Positions 25,376-38,609 are shown, numbered from the stretch's first letter. The stretch: DNA of 64,000 nt from Saccostrea cucullata (GCF_032062105.1 NW_026933222.1:186001-250000); one strand, 5' to 3'. A program made the numbers and translations. The notes: generated by a model from the letters alone, not told the origin.

Positions 25376-26954
25376 CTCTCTGGATAGATTTTTTTATAGT
25401 GTGCCGTTTTTAGAGAATGAAGAAAATTTACACCTGATCCTGTTGATTCTTTCACGGCACTTTCAATAGCCAACGGAACTGGCAAAAAATTCCGTTAAAA
25501 ATTCAAATTTTAGAGGTTTAAGGTCTCGGAATCTTTCCCATTGAACAAAACCAGTAGTGGGGCTTGCAGTCTAAGATCCTTTTAAATTGACGGAACTGTT
25601 AAGAAGGCCTGCCGCCTTGTATTGTTTCAGTAAGCTTCCTTGGTTCTTTCAAAACTATCAGTATCCCGAGTCTTCTCTTTCAGTACCACCCTTAATGTTG
25701 TCGGCAGAACAAAGAAAGATAAGTCGTTGACTGTAAACATGCATTCTTGACGTTTTCGCAATCAGAACGAGACTAATATACATGATTAGGATCGATGTCA
25801 TGATGACAATTAATACGAGTCGAAGAGAAAGAGAATACTTATGATCCTATTAAACAGAGAAAATGGGTTCCAGGATTATAAAGAAGTTTAGACTTTAGAA
25901 ATCAGAAATTATAGATTGTGTATTCTGTACACAAAATCATCTAAAGTAGATAACATGTTGTATTATTGATATGTACATCATCGTACGTTTCATTGACGAG
26001 GAGTAACTGGTCAAGGAATCTGTACGGGAAAAAATAGTATGCTTAACTATGTTTACTGGTTGATGGGTTACTTAAGCAATAAATGACAAAATATTCAGGG
26101 GATGCAAACATTACACCATTATGGAAGCCCAAGACTCAAAATTTGTAAACAGATGAATACCGGGGTATTTCCTCCTAAAATCGTCAAAAAAAATGATAAA
26201 TTATATAATCAACTCAAAACTTCAAAAAGTCTTTATTTCTCTCTTTAAAATGCGAGAACCTCACCACATTTGTCGTGTATTACAAATAGAAATGAACTGA
26301 AAATCACGGAATAAAATTCTAAAGTGCAGACTCTTCTATGTTACAACTCGAAACGAAAGGTTGTAAACAGCATCTCAATGACAAATACATTTACATATGT
26401 TTTTAAAACATTCAAAATTTACTTATTTACACGAATCTCCTTTTTCTAAATTTCGAAAATGAATGTATAAATGTAATTTGTCAATAGCACTTTACATAAT
26501 TTAACATGAAATATTGTATATAAATTACATGTACTACTATTCAATTTTTTGTTCGTGTTGCAAACAAGCTCTAAGTTGTAAGTTCAAAAGAACACTGCTA
26601 GCAAGTTTAAAAGGTTTCTATAAAAATATGAATACTTCCTTAAGGCACTATCACAGATAAAGCTGGAGAACGATTTCTCACGTGTGTAAACTAAGCACTA
26701 TAATATCAACTCTCTAGTTTCCGGAAGTTAGAAAAAGTTACATATATATGCATCCACTCATACTTTTAAACATCTCACATAACGAACACTCTCTTAACAA
26801 AAACACATTTACTAAGATGAACAAATTCTTCACTATTTGTTCCCTAAAGATCCATCTTATAAATAAAATACATATTTGGAGTATTCATTAAGTACAGCTG
26901 AGTTATAAAAATACTACAAAATATCTGTAACAGACAATATAATACAAAATTAAT

Positions 26955-29900
26955 TTAAAATCCTTCAATATACTCATAGGTTTGTAATGACGCAAGAAGA
27001 ACATAAACAAACCACAGAAAAATCATAGTGCCCCCAGAAAGGATTTTTGGAATTTTAGGTCCGCCTAATTCGGCATTGCCGAACACTCCCACAAATCTTC
27101 TGATGACGATAATAACAAGAGTCACCACAGCTAAAACGGCGAACACCACAACACTGAAACCGAGACTGCCAGCCGGGACTTCAAACGACACGCCCTGAAA
27201 TAATGATTAAACAGGGTGAGAAATCTGTTTCACATCTCGTTTTAATTTAAAATGTAAGAAGACAAGAGCTAGCTTTTACGTTAAATGTTAGTGAGATTTT
27301 TTTTTTGTTTAAGTCGAATAGAGTAATACTAGTAACTGCTACGTATCTGCACATTTTCACTTTTTACATTTTTAGAACTACAAAGAAGGGGGTTGTCAAA
27401 AGAGTTGTACGGTAGAATTTCAGCAGTGGAACAAACATATTTCTCTTATGCTTACCTTGGCAGTCCAGTAAGCTGAAGCGACAACCCAGGCCAATCCCAA
27501 TCCTAAGAATACGTTCACTGAGTTACTTCCGGTCACATTACCAATAGCAGAATCCGCATGTCTCTCCATGGTAGCTGCTGTTTTACTGGCAAAAAGATCG
27601 GGTAAACTGGTTCCCAGCGCAACAAATGTTATAGCAGTGACTTCCGACTCTAATCCGATGAGACAGCCAAAAATGTTAGCCAGATCGGCAACTATTGCAG
27701 TCAGAAGACCAATACAACCAAGCGAGACAAAGAAGCAGAGCCATCCGCCCCATATCGTAGGTGGTGGAACAAGCGCAAAAATACTCTGCAAAAGAAATTT
27801 ATATTTTTAACAGTTTTCAAAGATGCTGAATTAAGACGAACAAACATTTTAATATTGGAAGAGCATACTCGTTTTAAAAAATTCATGCACTTGCCTTAAA
27901 TCCAAATGTCATGAAGTGAAGAACGTATGAGAATGCAGTTGCAGTTTCTAAATCTCCTCCATTTACATTTAAGGCTTCCTGAATCTGATCTGCCCATGAT
28001 TGTTTGCCAACTCTTAAGGCATCAAGATTGGCATTTGTCAGATCAGCTAGCCTGTTTACGAATCCGGCAAACTCTGTAAAAACAGATGGTAATTTCATGA
28101 AAATGGAAAGAAAACCAAAGTTCTTGAATATAAGTTGAAGAAAAAAGTCTGGAATATGAAAAGAGAATTTGTTTCCTACCGTCATCATTAACAATGGTAA
28201 CAACACAGCGTTTCAGTTTTCCAATTTTGGCACCTCCGCTAACTTCAACGAGATCCACTTCAAAATTTTCATCTTTTTCAAATTCCTAAATTATAATTTT
28301 GTAAAAATATAGAGCTATAATAATCAAACATTCAAAAGAACAAAAATGAGAAAGGACACTCTAAGCTAGGACTGGGAACTTTGCATATGTCTTGGCTTAC
28401 CAAATCGTCTTTAATGTTGATCTCAATCATTTTCGTCAATTCTCCATGCTCAAAAACAACTTCACCGGATGTATTTTCGTAATCGCGCCCACCAACAGCA
28501 GTGATATCTTTTGTCTTCCATTTGGCGACAATTTTTCCATCACATCCATTTGACCGGTCGACTTTTACTTGTGCAGTTCCAACGCTCTCTTTGAACAAGA
28601 AACTGGGATTGGCGAACTGTATGGTTCCGGGCTCTGGAGAAAAAGTATTCATATCGTAAAGAATTTAGTAAAAACACTATATCACAAATCTAAATAAATT
28701 CTTAAATATGTCTTTCACTTTCAAAATCTGCTAAAGGCACAGCACCACTTTCCGTAAAAAGAATATACGGTGAATTTATCGTAGGTAAAATGTTTCAACT
28801 AGGATTCATTTTTACTTGTCATACTGCAATAAATATCCAGCTTGTTTCAGAAGTCAATACTAGTATTTCTATTCTTGTCTTTACCGTCATCGTTGAGGAT
28901 AGTGACTTGTGTGACCGGGTGTTTTCCTAGCACCGCTTCCTGTTCCGGTTCTATCGACAGACGGACAAAGAACACCTCATCTGGTTCCCAGACATTGTCG
29001 TCGATTATCTCGATATCGATGTAAAGCAGAGTCTCGTTTGGTTCGAACACCATTGTCTTCTTCACAGCTTTGTAGTCTGACGTCGCTTCCGCTGTTCCGT
29101 CAACTGTTTCCACTCTGGAAATCAACAATAAAATTCAAACTCAAGTCTTTTTTGAACATCACAAAGAACGGTGCTTTTTAGCTAAAATTAATAAGTGACA
29201 ATATGCTGGAGTCAAATATGGATGATGGGCAAAAAAACCTTAAAAGGTGAGTAACTCTACCTGAAGATAACTCTTCGGTTTAGGTTGCCGTGTCGGATGA
29301 TGTTGAGTCGAACTCGCCCTTCTTTCTCGATGACGGCGGTGCTGGGGGATTCGAACTCCACGATAGCCTTCTTACCTCCCTCACTGAGATGGACAAAGTC
29401 CGGGTCTCCACCTGCCTCTTCAGCGATCAACAGAGTCTCCAACAACTAGATTATAAATTGACATTTTTGTTTCACATCGTATAAAATTCAGAATAAATAT
29501 TCAGTGATTCTGTTCCATTTGAAGCATTTAACTTTTTAAAAAAATGATTCCTCTGAAAATGTTTATGCTTATAAAATATATATATTTTTTATTTTTAATT
29601 TTTTGAGTGGCGAAACTTTTAGTCTTTTTCTGATATATACATTTATATCTTACCTCGCTAGATTTGTTTGTGAGTTTGGTGGTGAGGGGTGATCCTCCCG
29701 TCATGGTCCTGATGGCATTGATTCGGTACCACGCTCTGTTGTGAGGCTGATTTTGTTCCATTAAGTGGGCAGTCAAACGGGCAATTTCTTTCTCGTCCGC
29801 ATCTGGGTTGGATTTTAGTCTCTGTGAAATATGGTAGATTTTATTCAATTATAAGGAATAATTCAGCATATAGATTATATTTTTTAAAAGTATATATGCC

Positions 29901-32466
29901 TTTGTTTTCATTTTTTCAGTGTTGCACTTTGATTGAAAACTCACCCGCAGCATTTCAACGATAACTTGTTTATCAGCATGATCTTGTGATAAAAGGTTGT
30001 CTGTAAAACAGAACGAAAACAATAAAACTTATTCGACAAACATATTTATATAAAAATTTAAAATGTTCTTTTAAAAGTAATTGAAGAAACGATTCAATTC
30101 ATTTTAAAAAATTGAAAGTTTCAAACAGATTAGTTGAACAAATATCTATAACCAAATATACAACTTCTAATGCACAGTTCCATCTATAACTCTATATAAC
30201 AGACTAAAACTATAGAAGTACAACTTGGAATGAAATCTAAATTAAACAAAACACAGATTTTGCAAAATTTATTGAAATTCGTAACATCATCCTTTGATAA
30301 GTCATTTTTCGTAAATATGTGTTAATCTAATGCAGTTCTAGTGTAATCATGTTTTTCAAGTGTATTATTGAAATATGATTGAATATCAAAAACCGTGCCA
30401 TATGATATATTAGTTCAAGCAATTTAATTTACAACGATGAAAAATTTACATTGCAAGCATTGAAATCGCCCATTTTTCACCATAAAAAAATAACAGGGGG
30501 CTGCCATAATACTGTAAAGTAAAATGTTTCATATCAAAATCTCTTTCTGATTAGCAAAGAAGGGTGGGAAAAAAGAAAAATGAAACAAAAAATCACTCCA
30601 CTTTAGAAAAGAAGGCATTTAACAGACCGGGATAGGGAAGGGCAAGAGAAAATATTTTGGTGTTAACTCATGGATTTGCTATTTTTAAAAAAAAAAAGAG
30701 AGAAATGTGAGGGGAAAAAAAATCATCGTACACTTGGTTTCATTATATCATTTTCTGGATAATATTTACATATAGCTATTTGCAAAACAGAGAGGTCTTT
30801 TGGACACCTCCTAAATCCGCAAACGATTTGAGCCTTTTTTAAAATTATTTTCGGAATGAGTGGTCTAGACAAAGTGAAACACAAAGAGAGAAACACAATG
30901 AATGGTGGAGAGTTATAAAAGAGAAAACTACAAAACACAGAAATATTGAACCTCTGTCTGCCCTGCTGACTGGAATATATGTAAAGAGTGTGTTAACTGG
31001 ATAATGATAAACTAAATACGTGTATTATTGCTGCGTAAACTTATTTACCTGACCCCACTAACGAAAAAATAAAATACACAACAATATTAGATGTGACAAG
31101 TACATATATCTAAATACAATTCTGTCATAATATACTGTAGATTCCTAAATATACGCATGGAATTAATTATCGCGTCTTTTCCCTCGAAACACCACACGCA
31201 AAATAAAATTACTTGCCTTTATTTTTATGGTGCTGAAATTCATGTAAATTCTCTTGATCAGCCGTCCATTCGCGAGTTATTATTCTCGATCGCGAGTTGA
31301 CGTTGAAGAGACTTTTCGCGATAATACGTACCAGCGAAAAATAAGGAATCTACAGTAAAGTATGTACAAAGACAAAGTCATAGAACTCTCAGGGATTTAC
31401 ATTGTTGGAAGATATAAGTAGTGTAGTGAATCATGAATTTTTGTCCTTCTTTCTTTTCTTTTTTTTCCCCTTGAGATTTGGTCTGATGACCTTCGTAAAA
31501 ACAATAGGACATCAAACAAAATATGTTTATTGTATTTAGTTTTCCAAGAAGTAGCGTTTTGGAGAAACTTTTAACAGATCAAATGCCCCTTGGAACCGTT
31601 ACCCTGTCCAAACTCGAAAATCCTATTTCATGAGGTGGGTATGGGTTTTGATTTTTCTGTAACATTTTGGTAAATATTGTTTTTAAATGCTGGAATTTGT
31701 CTGTCTTCTTTAAAGAAATTGTATGTTATTCAATTTATACTGCATGCAAGTTCTTATCTCTCCTTCATTTTCAGAGAAGAAGTACAGACTTACCAACTTC
31801 TAATCCTGTTTCGTCGTCTACGGATGCAGATCCAAAGTAATCTTTGTCTAGAATGTAAGCGAAAATGACTAAAATAGGGAACATTAAGAGCGTAACGATG
31901 GCCTCCCACAGGTCCACAAAGTCCGGAGTGTTCACCATTAGAATTATTATAAGCCAGACGTAGGCCAACACAGAAAACACAGCGGTGATGGCGAACACCT
32001 TCAACTTTCTGATCCGCCTAGTTTCATTTGCGGGGATCGCAAAGACGCATACTCCACAGATGACCATGAGGTTAAATGCTGCTGACCCCACGACAGTACT
32101 GGGACCTAACTCTCCAGCTTTGAAATCATTGAATACAATTTCAATGATGGAAAGTAGAATTTCTGGAGCGCTAGAGCCGAGGGCCATAAGAGTAAGGTTG
32201 GCTACAGTGCCATTCCAGCGCTTCACTTCTACTGTTCTGTAACCACTCTCGCTGTCGTCTGGAATTTTCACTTCCTGTGTAAAACTTGTAATGGTTGAGA
32301 TGGCTGCCATGAAAATGTCTGCTATGATGGAAATGGCCATAAAGCTCCATAGTAGTCCCACTAGATATACAGTGGCCCGGGCACCAATGGGCCACGTAGC
32401 TTCACTCACGATGGGTAACAGTAGCCCTTCATCTGAGCACGTGTAGGACGTGGGGCAAGTCGACAT
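26955..32466 (-). CDS. NCX: Na+/Ca2+ exchanger paralog B, complete, ~799 aa. Exons 32466-31794, 30000-29945, 29821-29654, 29445-29261, 29114-28885, 28633-28401, 28285-28180, 28073-27895, 27785-27456, 27194-26955
   Basis: alpha-1 ANLTLMALGSSAPE, two Calx-beta domains (DDNVWEPDE; IKDDLEFEKDE), alpha-2 ALGTSLPDLFAS and GNVTGSNSVNVFLG, C-terminal GNAELGGP. All exon phases join in frame (2400 nt). Confidence 0.95.
31132..31357. mobile_element. TA-flanked MITE (CTGTA..TACAG termini)
   Basis: TACTGTAGATTCCT at the left end and AGGAATCTACAGTA at the right end. Confidence 0.75.
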
Positions 32467-32598
32467 TGTTGCTTATTTTTGTATGTAAAATCACCACCTA
32501 CAGTATAAAAGAAACAAAATTATTGCCAAATTTATTCTTGAATAAATTGAATAAAACAATCCATCCAATCATTTACAAAGAGGGATTAAATTTTGCTG

Positions 32599-32908
32599 GT
32601 CGCGACGCCCGCGTGGCGCAGTGGTTAGAGCGTCTGTTCTAGAGTCGCTAAGTAAGGAGTTGATCCCTACGTCGCGGGTTCGAATCCCACTGTGGGACGT
32701 GGAGACGGTCCTTTGGATGAATCCGTATAAACCGAGGTCCCATGTCGCAGTAGGTGCTGGCGCAAAAAAGATCCCTCCCTGCTCAATGGCCGTGATTGCC
32801 GAGTATAAGCCAAAATTTGTAGCTCTCCACCGGGAAGTGTTGGCGTCTACATATGAGTGAAAATTTCTCGAGAGGGACGTTACACAACATACAATCAATC
32901 AATCAGTC
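32599..32908 (+). mobile_element. tRNA-derived SINE
   Basis: A box TGGCGCAGTGG, B box GGTTCGAATCC, (CAAT)n tail, 10-bp TSD AATTTTGCTG at 32589-32598 and 32909-32918. Confidence 0.9.
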
Positions 32909-33844
32909 AATTTTGCTGCAAAGCTAAGTATTATTGTGTGAAATCGTTTTTCTTCTAGATTACTCCTTTGATGGCATAGTTGTCTTCAATACAATGTACT
33001 TGCATATATTTGCTACCCGGTAGTACTGGTCTAAAATACTTTGTATATTTTTTATTGATCAGTTTGTGGGGGGGGGGGGGGTTTGATTTTTGTAAAATTA
33101 TTTCTTAAAAAATAATATATAGTTGATAGTACAACATTTCACTGAGAGCGCAAACACACAGAGGCTCTACAATTGCAAGGTCGAAAACAAAAGAATCAAG
33201 TGATAGTTGTGAAAGTTCATTGAGTCCTTTGATTTAAAATTCTTTTGCAGTGCATTTAAAGTTTATCAATGAACTAAAGGTTTTTTTCGATTGCAAAACA
33301 AAGACACGTGCAATGACTACTCCTACAAGTAAGAGCCTCGGTTAACGTCCCTATGCTCCTTATATAACGCGGCGCCAAGTCAAAAGTATCTCGCCGTGAA
33401 CCTCTAGCATGCTGGAGTAGTGCAATGACATGATCTTCGGTTTTATCAAACCTTTTGTTTCATATTACTATTGTTATTAGTATTATTATAATTAAATGTC
33501 TTTTTTTTCTTGTCTATTTTGAGGCTTTATTTGTGTTTGTATATTTGTATGCTTGTACCAGGGATCTAGTAATACAAAGAATCAAATTGCCTAATTTCTT
33601 GATTTCTTGTCATAAGGCAGATTAATTTGCCCTTTTACCAAATTAATCTCATTTAATTGACGGAAGCACACAGATAATATGGTTAAAACTAATAATGGTA
33701 CGAATTGGCAAAATCGAAGTCATCTTTGTACGAGTTAATTAGTGTGTATCACTTCCGCTTCCGCCACTAAGAAAAAGAGCGCGGCAAAGGAAACCTCCAT
33801 TAAAATTATTATCGAAACAATCTGCACAAACCAATCGCCGGAAA

Positions 33845-34912
33845 ATGCCGCCAGTGAGAAGTAAAGTAACCACGCGGTCAAGGAAGGACCGGGACCGAAG
33901 TTTCGTGTCACCAGGCAGAGGGCGAGGGATCCGGAGGCGACCCAACCATCCCAATCGGCCCCCGCACGAAGTCCCACCAAACACAAGACCATCACAAAGG
34001 GGAAACCCGGCCAGGAGGCCAACCACACCAACGCAACCAGCCACAGTAACGGTGGCGGACCCCATGCTTCACACTGCAGATATCTCAGAGGGCCTGGACG
34101 AGGCCGAGACCTCGAGTAACACGGGTGAGTTAAATATTTTGAGCCTCCCCACAGCAAACGATTTATCTTTTAACACAATCAATGAGGAATTCGACGGCCC
34201 CCCTTTTAACATCTCAGACTACCAACCGGCCCAGACCCCTAGCTGTATAGACCCTATTAGCGCCCACGTCCCCCAAAAAATCAAGCGAAAGATTTGGGAG
34301 GGAAAATTTATTGATCTATCAATAGTATTAAAATCGGCGCGGGAAATCTCAGACCACTTAGATACACAAGGCCAAATACAAATACGTAATGGCACAATGT
34401 GCCTTGTTAAGCAAAAAATGCGCACCTTTTTGTCAATTGACAAATGGACGTCGGCCTTCCTCATCTTTACAAGTATAATGTTAGAAAAATACAGAGCAAG
34501 AGCCCAAGAATTTCTGAAATATATGAGGGACATAAGAATGGCTGCTGATAGATCTGGGAACGGTTGGTTCACCTATGATGAACAATTTAGGCTGCGCAAA
34601 GTAACTGACCCTCATTCATCTTGGGGTATCATAAATTCTGAACTCTGGTTGATACACGTTACAAACAACTATGTTACACAGGCCCAAGGAAATCCCATAT
34701 CCCCCTCACAAAATTCCTACCCTCATCACAAACAGTCCAACATTTCAATGGCTGAGAAAAATGCAAACTTCACATCAAATCGTTACTGCTATGATTTTAA
34801 TTCAGGCAAGTCATGTAAATTTTACCCAAATTGCAGGTTTGTCCACTCGTGCGATTCCTGTGGTGGATCACACCCCTCAATCAAATGCAGTAATAGAAAC
34901 GCCAAATTCTAA
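33845..34912 (+). CDS. Ngaro/DIRS Gag-like ORF1 (355 aa)
   Basis: KIWEGKFIDL, WTSAFLIF, GWFTYDEQFR, W..INSELW and C-terminal CYDFNSGKSC..C...H.CDSCGGSH....C, typical of DIRS/Ngaro ORF1. Confidence 0.85.
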   Translation: MPPVRSKVTTRSRKDRDRSFVSPGRGRGIRRRPNHPNRPPHEVPPNTRPSQRGNPARRPTTPTQPATVTVADPMLHTADISEGLDEAETSSNTGELNILSLPTANDLSFNTINEEFDGPPFNISDYQPAQTPSCIDPISAHVPQKIKRKIWEGKFIDLSIVLKSAREISDHLDTQGQIQIRNGTMCLVKQKMRTFLSIDKWTSAFLIFTSIMLEKYRARAQEFLKYMRDIRMAADRSGNGWFTYDEQFRLRKVTDPHSSWGIINSELWLIHVTNNYVTQAQGNPISPSQNSYPHHKQSNISMAEKNANFTSNRYCYDFNSGKSCKFYPNCRFVHSCDSCGGSHPSIKCSNRNAKF

Positions 34913-35561
34913 CATGGATATCAACAAATTGATACTTTGTCTGCTTATCTACACACACCTATCTAAAATTAAGGACATTTGCTCACCTATGGGGGGGAGG
35001 GATAATTGAACGTTTATATAGTTAATTTTTAACCCATAACTAACCAACCCAAAGCATTGCAGGTCAAAAAATATGGATCATAGGGTCTTCCATTCCTTAC
35101 TGGGCAGGGGAAGCAGCCAAACACTGCCCAGGGGGACAAAGCCTGAACCTCCCTGCCACACTGCAATGGAGAACACACAGGGGGATGCACTGGCATGAAC
35201 TCGACCCAAAAATCCTACAGCTCATCAAACAAGAAGCACCCCCCCATTACTTAGTAATTCATTTAGGATCCAATGACTTGGTAACGCCAAACCTAACTAG
35301 CAAAAAATTCATACAAGAGATTCAGTGCAGCTTCCTGCGATATAATGCCCTTCTCCCAAATACAAAATTGGTGTGGTCACACATTCTACCACGCCGTTAT
35401 TGGCATGGAGCCCCATTGAACAGTGGAAAAAAGATTGACAAGAAACGCAAAAGAATTAACAAAAATATATCTAAATTTGTTACAGAATTAGGTGGGGGTG
35501 TTATTTCTCATGCAAACATATCCGTCGCTAACACAGACTTGTTCAGATTTGATGGAACCCA

Positions 35562-38500
35562 CAGGGCCTGGGAAGGGGCTGCGCCACGCGCCATATGCGC
35601 ATACTGCCGAAAAATGGGGCATTGTAATGATGGTGCGCTGCGCCATGCGGCGCATCCCCAAAAATAATGTAAAATGCGCACACGCATTATTTCTACCACG
35701 TGATTTTATCGAGATCGACGTTATCGGTAATCTTCATCAAAGTTAGATGGAATTGTCCGATGAGTACGGAATGATAGAATCGGAACGCCATTTTTAAATA
35801 CTGACATGCCGCCGGCAAAGAAAATGAAGTTTTCACTTCCACGTGGTCAAAAGACACTAACCTCCATGCAGTTTCCAACCGGCTTAAGTTCAGAAATAGA
35901 ATCGAGTCCAGAGGAAGGAGATACAGCAAATGTAAGAAATGCTGATGCAGAAATGAACAATGACGAGACCAGTAAAAGTGCTGAAAAAAGAAAATTTCAG
36001 TCATCGTGGCTTAAATTGTGGCCCTGGATGATTTACGAATCGGAAAAAATGTTTTGCACTATATGTAAAGAAAGGGGTAAAGACAATATATTTACGCAGG
36101 GTTGTGGTACATTTAAAACTTCGTCATTAAATAGACATGAAAATTCTCAAGATCACAGGGATAGTATACAAGCACAGTCACTTAGTAAAGAGATGAACGT
36201 AGCTGTAGCTAAAATGATGACAGACCACGATTCAGCTTTAATAAAGGCTATAAAGACTGTACATTGGCTTGCCATTGAGAATTTACCACTGTCAAAATTC
36301 GAAAGTATGATGGATTTTCTTAAAGATGTAGGCACACCAAATCTGAATTTTTTACAAGTTGGAAATCGAATTGATTATCAGTCGTACTATTCAGCTAATG
36401 AATTTCTACATGCAATTAGTGATGTGATAGAAGAGAAAACAACTGAAAACCTACAGAAGTCACCATTTGTAACAATATATGCAGATGAAAGTACAGACAT
36501 TTGTAACAAGAAAAGAATGACAATGACAGCTAGGATAATTAACCCAGAAAATTCTAGAGCACAAACTGTATTTCTGAGAGACATTGAGTATGAGAATGGG
36601 ACAGGGGAGGGATTGACTTCAGAGATAATCAAGGAGTTGAATTTACGACACATATCGATATCAAAGGTCCTTGGTTTCGGATCAGATGGTGCATCAGTCA
36701 TGACGGGGTTAGATAAAGGTGTAAGTGGAAGACTGAAAGAATTGAATCCTCACATTTTAAACATTCATTGCATGGCACATAGATTAGCACTTTGCACTGC
36801 ACAAGCAGCAGAAGGAATCCCTGCTCTGAAAAGATACCAAGAGTTTATGACAAAATTATTCTATTATTTTAAAGTCTCAGCAGATAGGGAGAAGGAAGTT
36901 CACAAAGTTCAAGCTCTTTTGGATCATCCCATGCTGAAGTATAAAGAAATTCATGCTGTGCGCTGGCTCTCATTCTACGATGGATTAGAAACCATTTACA
37001 AAACTCTTGATCCTCTTTTAACTTACTTGCACAACCGAGAAGCCAAGAAAGACCCTAAAGCCAAAGGACTCCTAAAGCAAATGGCCACAACGCAATTCAT
37101 CTATATCACCTATCTAATGATGGATGTTCTTCCAATTGTAATGAGATTGTGTCTAACCTTTCAAAAGGATGACTTAGATATTGCTCGTGCTAAGGTACAT
37201 AATAAAATATTGTGCATTTTAATTTACAATACATATTACAAAAAAGCACAAATTGTAATTCTGTATAATTTTATTTATAAATCCACTTTTTTACAAGACG
37301 TTTTAAAATTAGATTTCAGTTGACTCCTGTCTGAGTGAGCTGGAGGCTTTCAAAGAAGGAAAAACTTTCCACACTACATTTGTTGAGCAGTTTGCTTCAG
37401 ATATTACAGAAGTTGATGACCATCCTGAATTCAAAGGACACAGAATTCACAAAGTTCCTGGTGCGAATTTCCAGTCACTTAAGAGCCAATTTATAAATAG
37501 TTTGGTCTCAAATATTAGGAAAAGGTAATTTATTTGGTTATTCCACTCCAGTCATAGACAATTACATACTGGTACACACTACTGTAATAGAAATATTTTT
37601 TTCTTCATTCTGTACATCAACAATAGACTAGACAGATAAGTTAGTTTTAAGAGAACCTACATTAATTGATTAATGTTATTGTTATTAAACAATACAAATT
37701 ATTTGAAAAAAATATCTTTGACTTCAGATTTCCACAGAAGTCCCTGATGGATGCCTTCTATGTCCTGTCCATGCGAGCCATTAATTTCAGTGATGTGGAG
37801 ACATATGGTATTGAAGAAATAAATGAACTTCTTGACTACTACGGAACTTCAAAAGTAACTATTTCATTCTTCAAAATAATTTTATTTGTCAATAAAAAGA
37901 TAATTTCAAATCAGTGGAAAAAAAAATATGTTCATATAAATATACTTACCTCTATTTAAATTGCAGTGTCACAAATCTGCCATCTCACAGCCGGTATTAT
38001 GTGCAGAAAAAGTTAGAAATCAGTGGATGTTGGCCAAGCAGATTGTCAAGTCTGCAAGATACCCAACAGACCAGATGCAAGAATTATGGGAACTACTCAC
38101 AAAACACCATAAAGAAGAATTGAATGAACTGATCAAGCTAGCACAGATTGCACTCACTTTACCCCTGCACACTGCAAGTTGTGAACGAGTGTTCTCCCAG
38201 CAAAACATTATTCTTACCAAGCAGAGAAATTCCTTGGCACCCAAAATTTCCGACCGACTCCTAAGAGTTCGATTAAACAAGCAAGAAACTATCAATTATG
38301 AAGATGTTTTGAAAAGATGGAATTCTTTAAAAAAGCGTATCATCTCTGCTCAGTAGTATCATATTGTTATGATATGTCAATAAAGCAATCCAATAATTTT
38401 TTTGTTTTATTTTATTTGCATTAATTTTATTCTCTGAGAAACAGAGATGTGCATAATCATAGCATTAACAGAATAAGTTCATAATATGACAATTTTTGAA

Positions 38501-38609
38501 AATGGCCCATTGTATTCTCATTCGGCCCCATAACTTTTAAAATGGCCCCATCATTTTAAGAAGAGGGGGGCCATTGGCCCTATCACTTACTTGTCCTTCC
38601 CAGGCACTG
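35562..38609 (+). mobile_element. Full-length hAT DNA transposon with 6-bp TSD
   Basis: TIRs CAGGGCCTGGGAAGG and (reverse complement) CAGTGCCTGGGAAGG; TSD AACCCA at 35556-35561 and 38610-38615; subterminal GGCCC(A/C) repeats. Confidence 0.95.
35806..38356 (+). CDS. hAT transposase (ZNF862-like), 705 aa. Exons 35806-37194, 37313-37524, 37728-37854, 37967-38356
   Basis: N-terminal zinc finger (FCTIC..RHE...H), ADESTD, GSDGASVM, HCMAH, RWLS, TASCERVFS. Three GT-AG introns join in frame (2118 nt); AATAAA at 38379. Confidence 0.9.

Noticed and set aside
32599-32700. tRNA gene
   Set aside because: A and B boxes are present but there is no clean cloverleaf; a SINE body, (CAAT)n tail and TSD follow.
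34913-35040. Remnant of RT or tyrosine recombinase between gag and the hydrolase
   Set aside because: No recognisable YxDD or RHRY-type motifs in any frame I read. An HMM search would be needed to exclude a tiny relic.
37195-37323. C-terminal tail of the 505-aa ORF as a truncated transposase
   Set aside because: This is intron read-through; the spliced frame continues to 38356.
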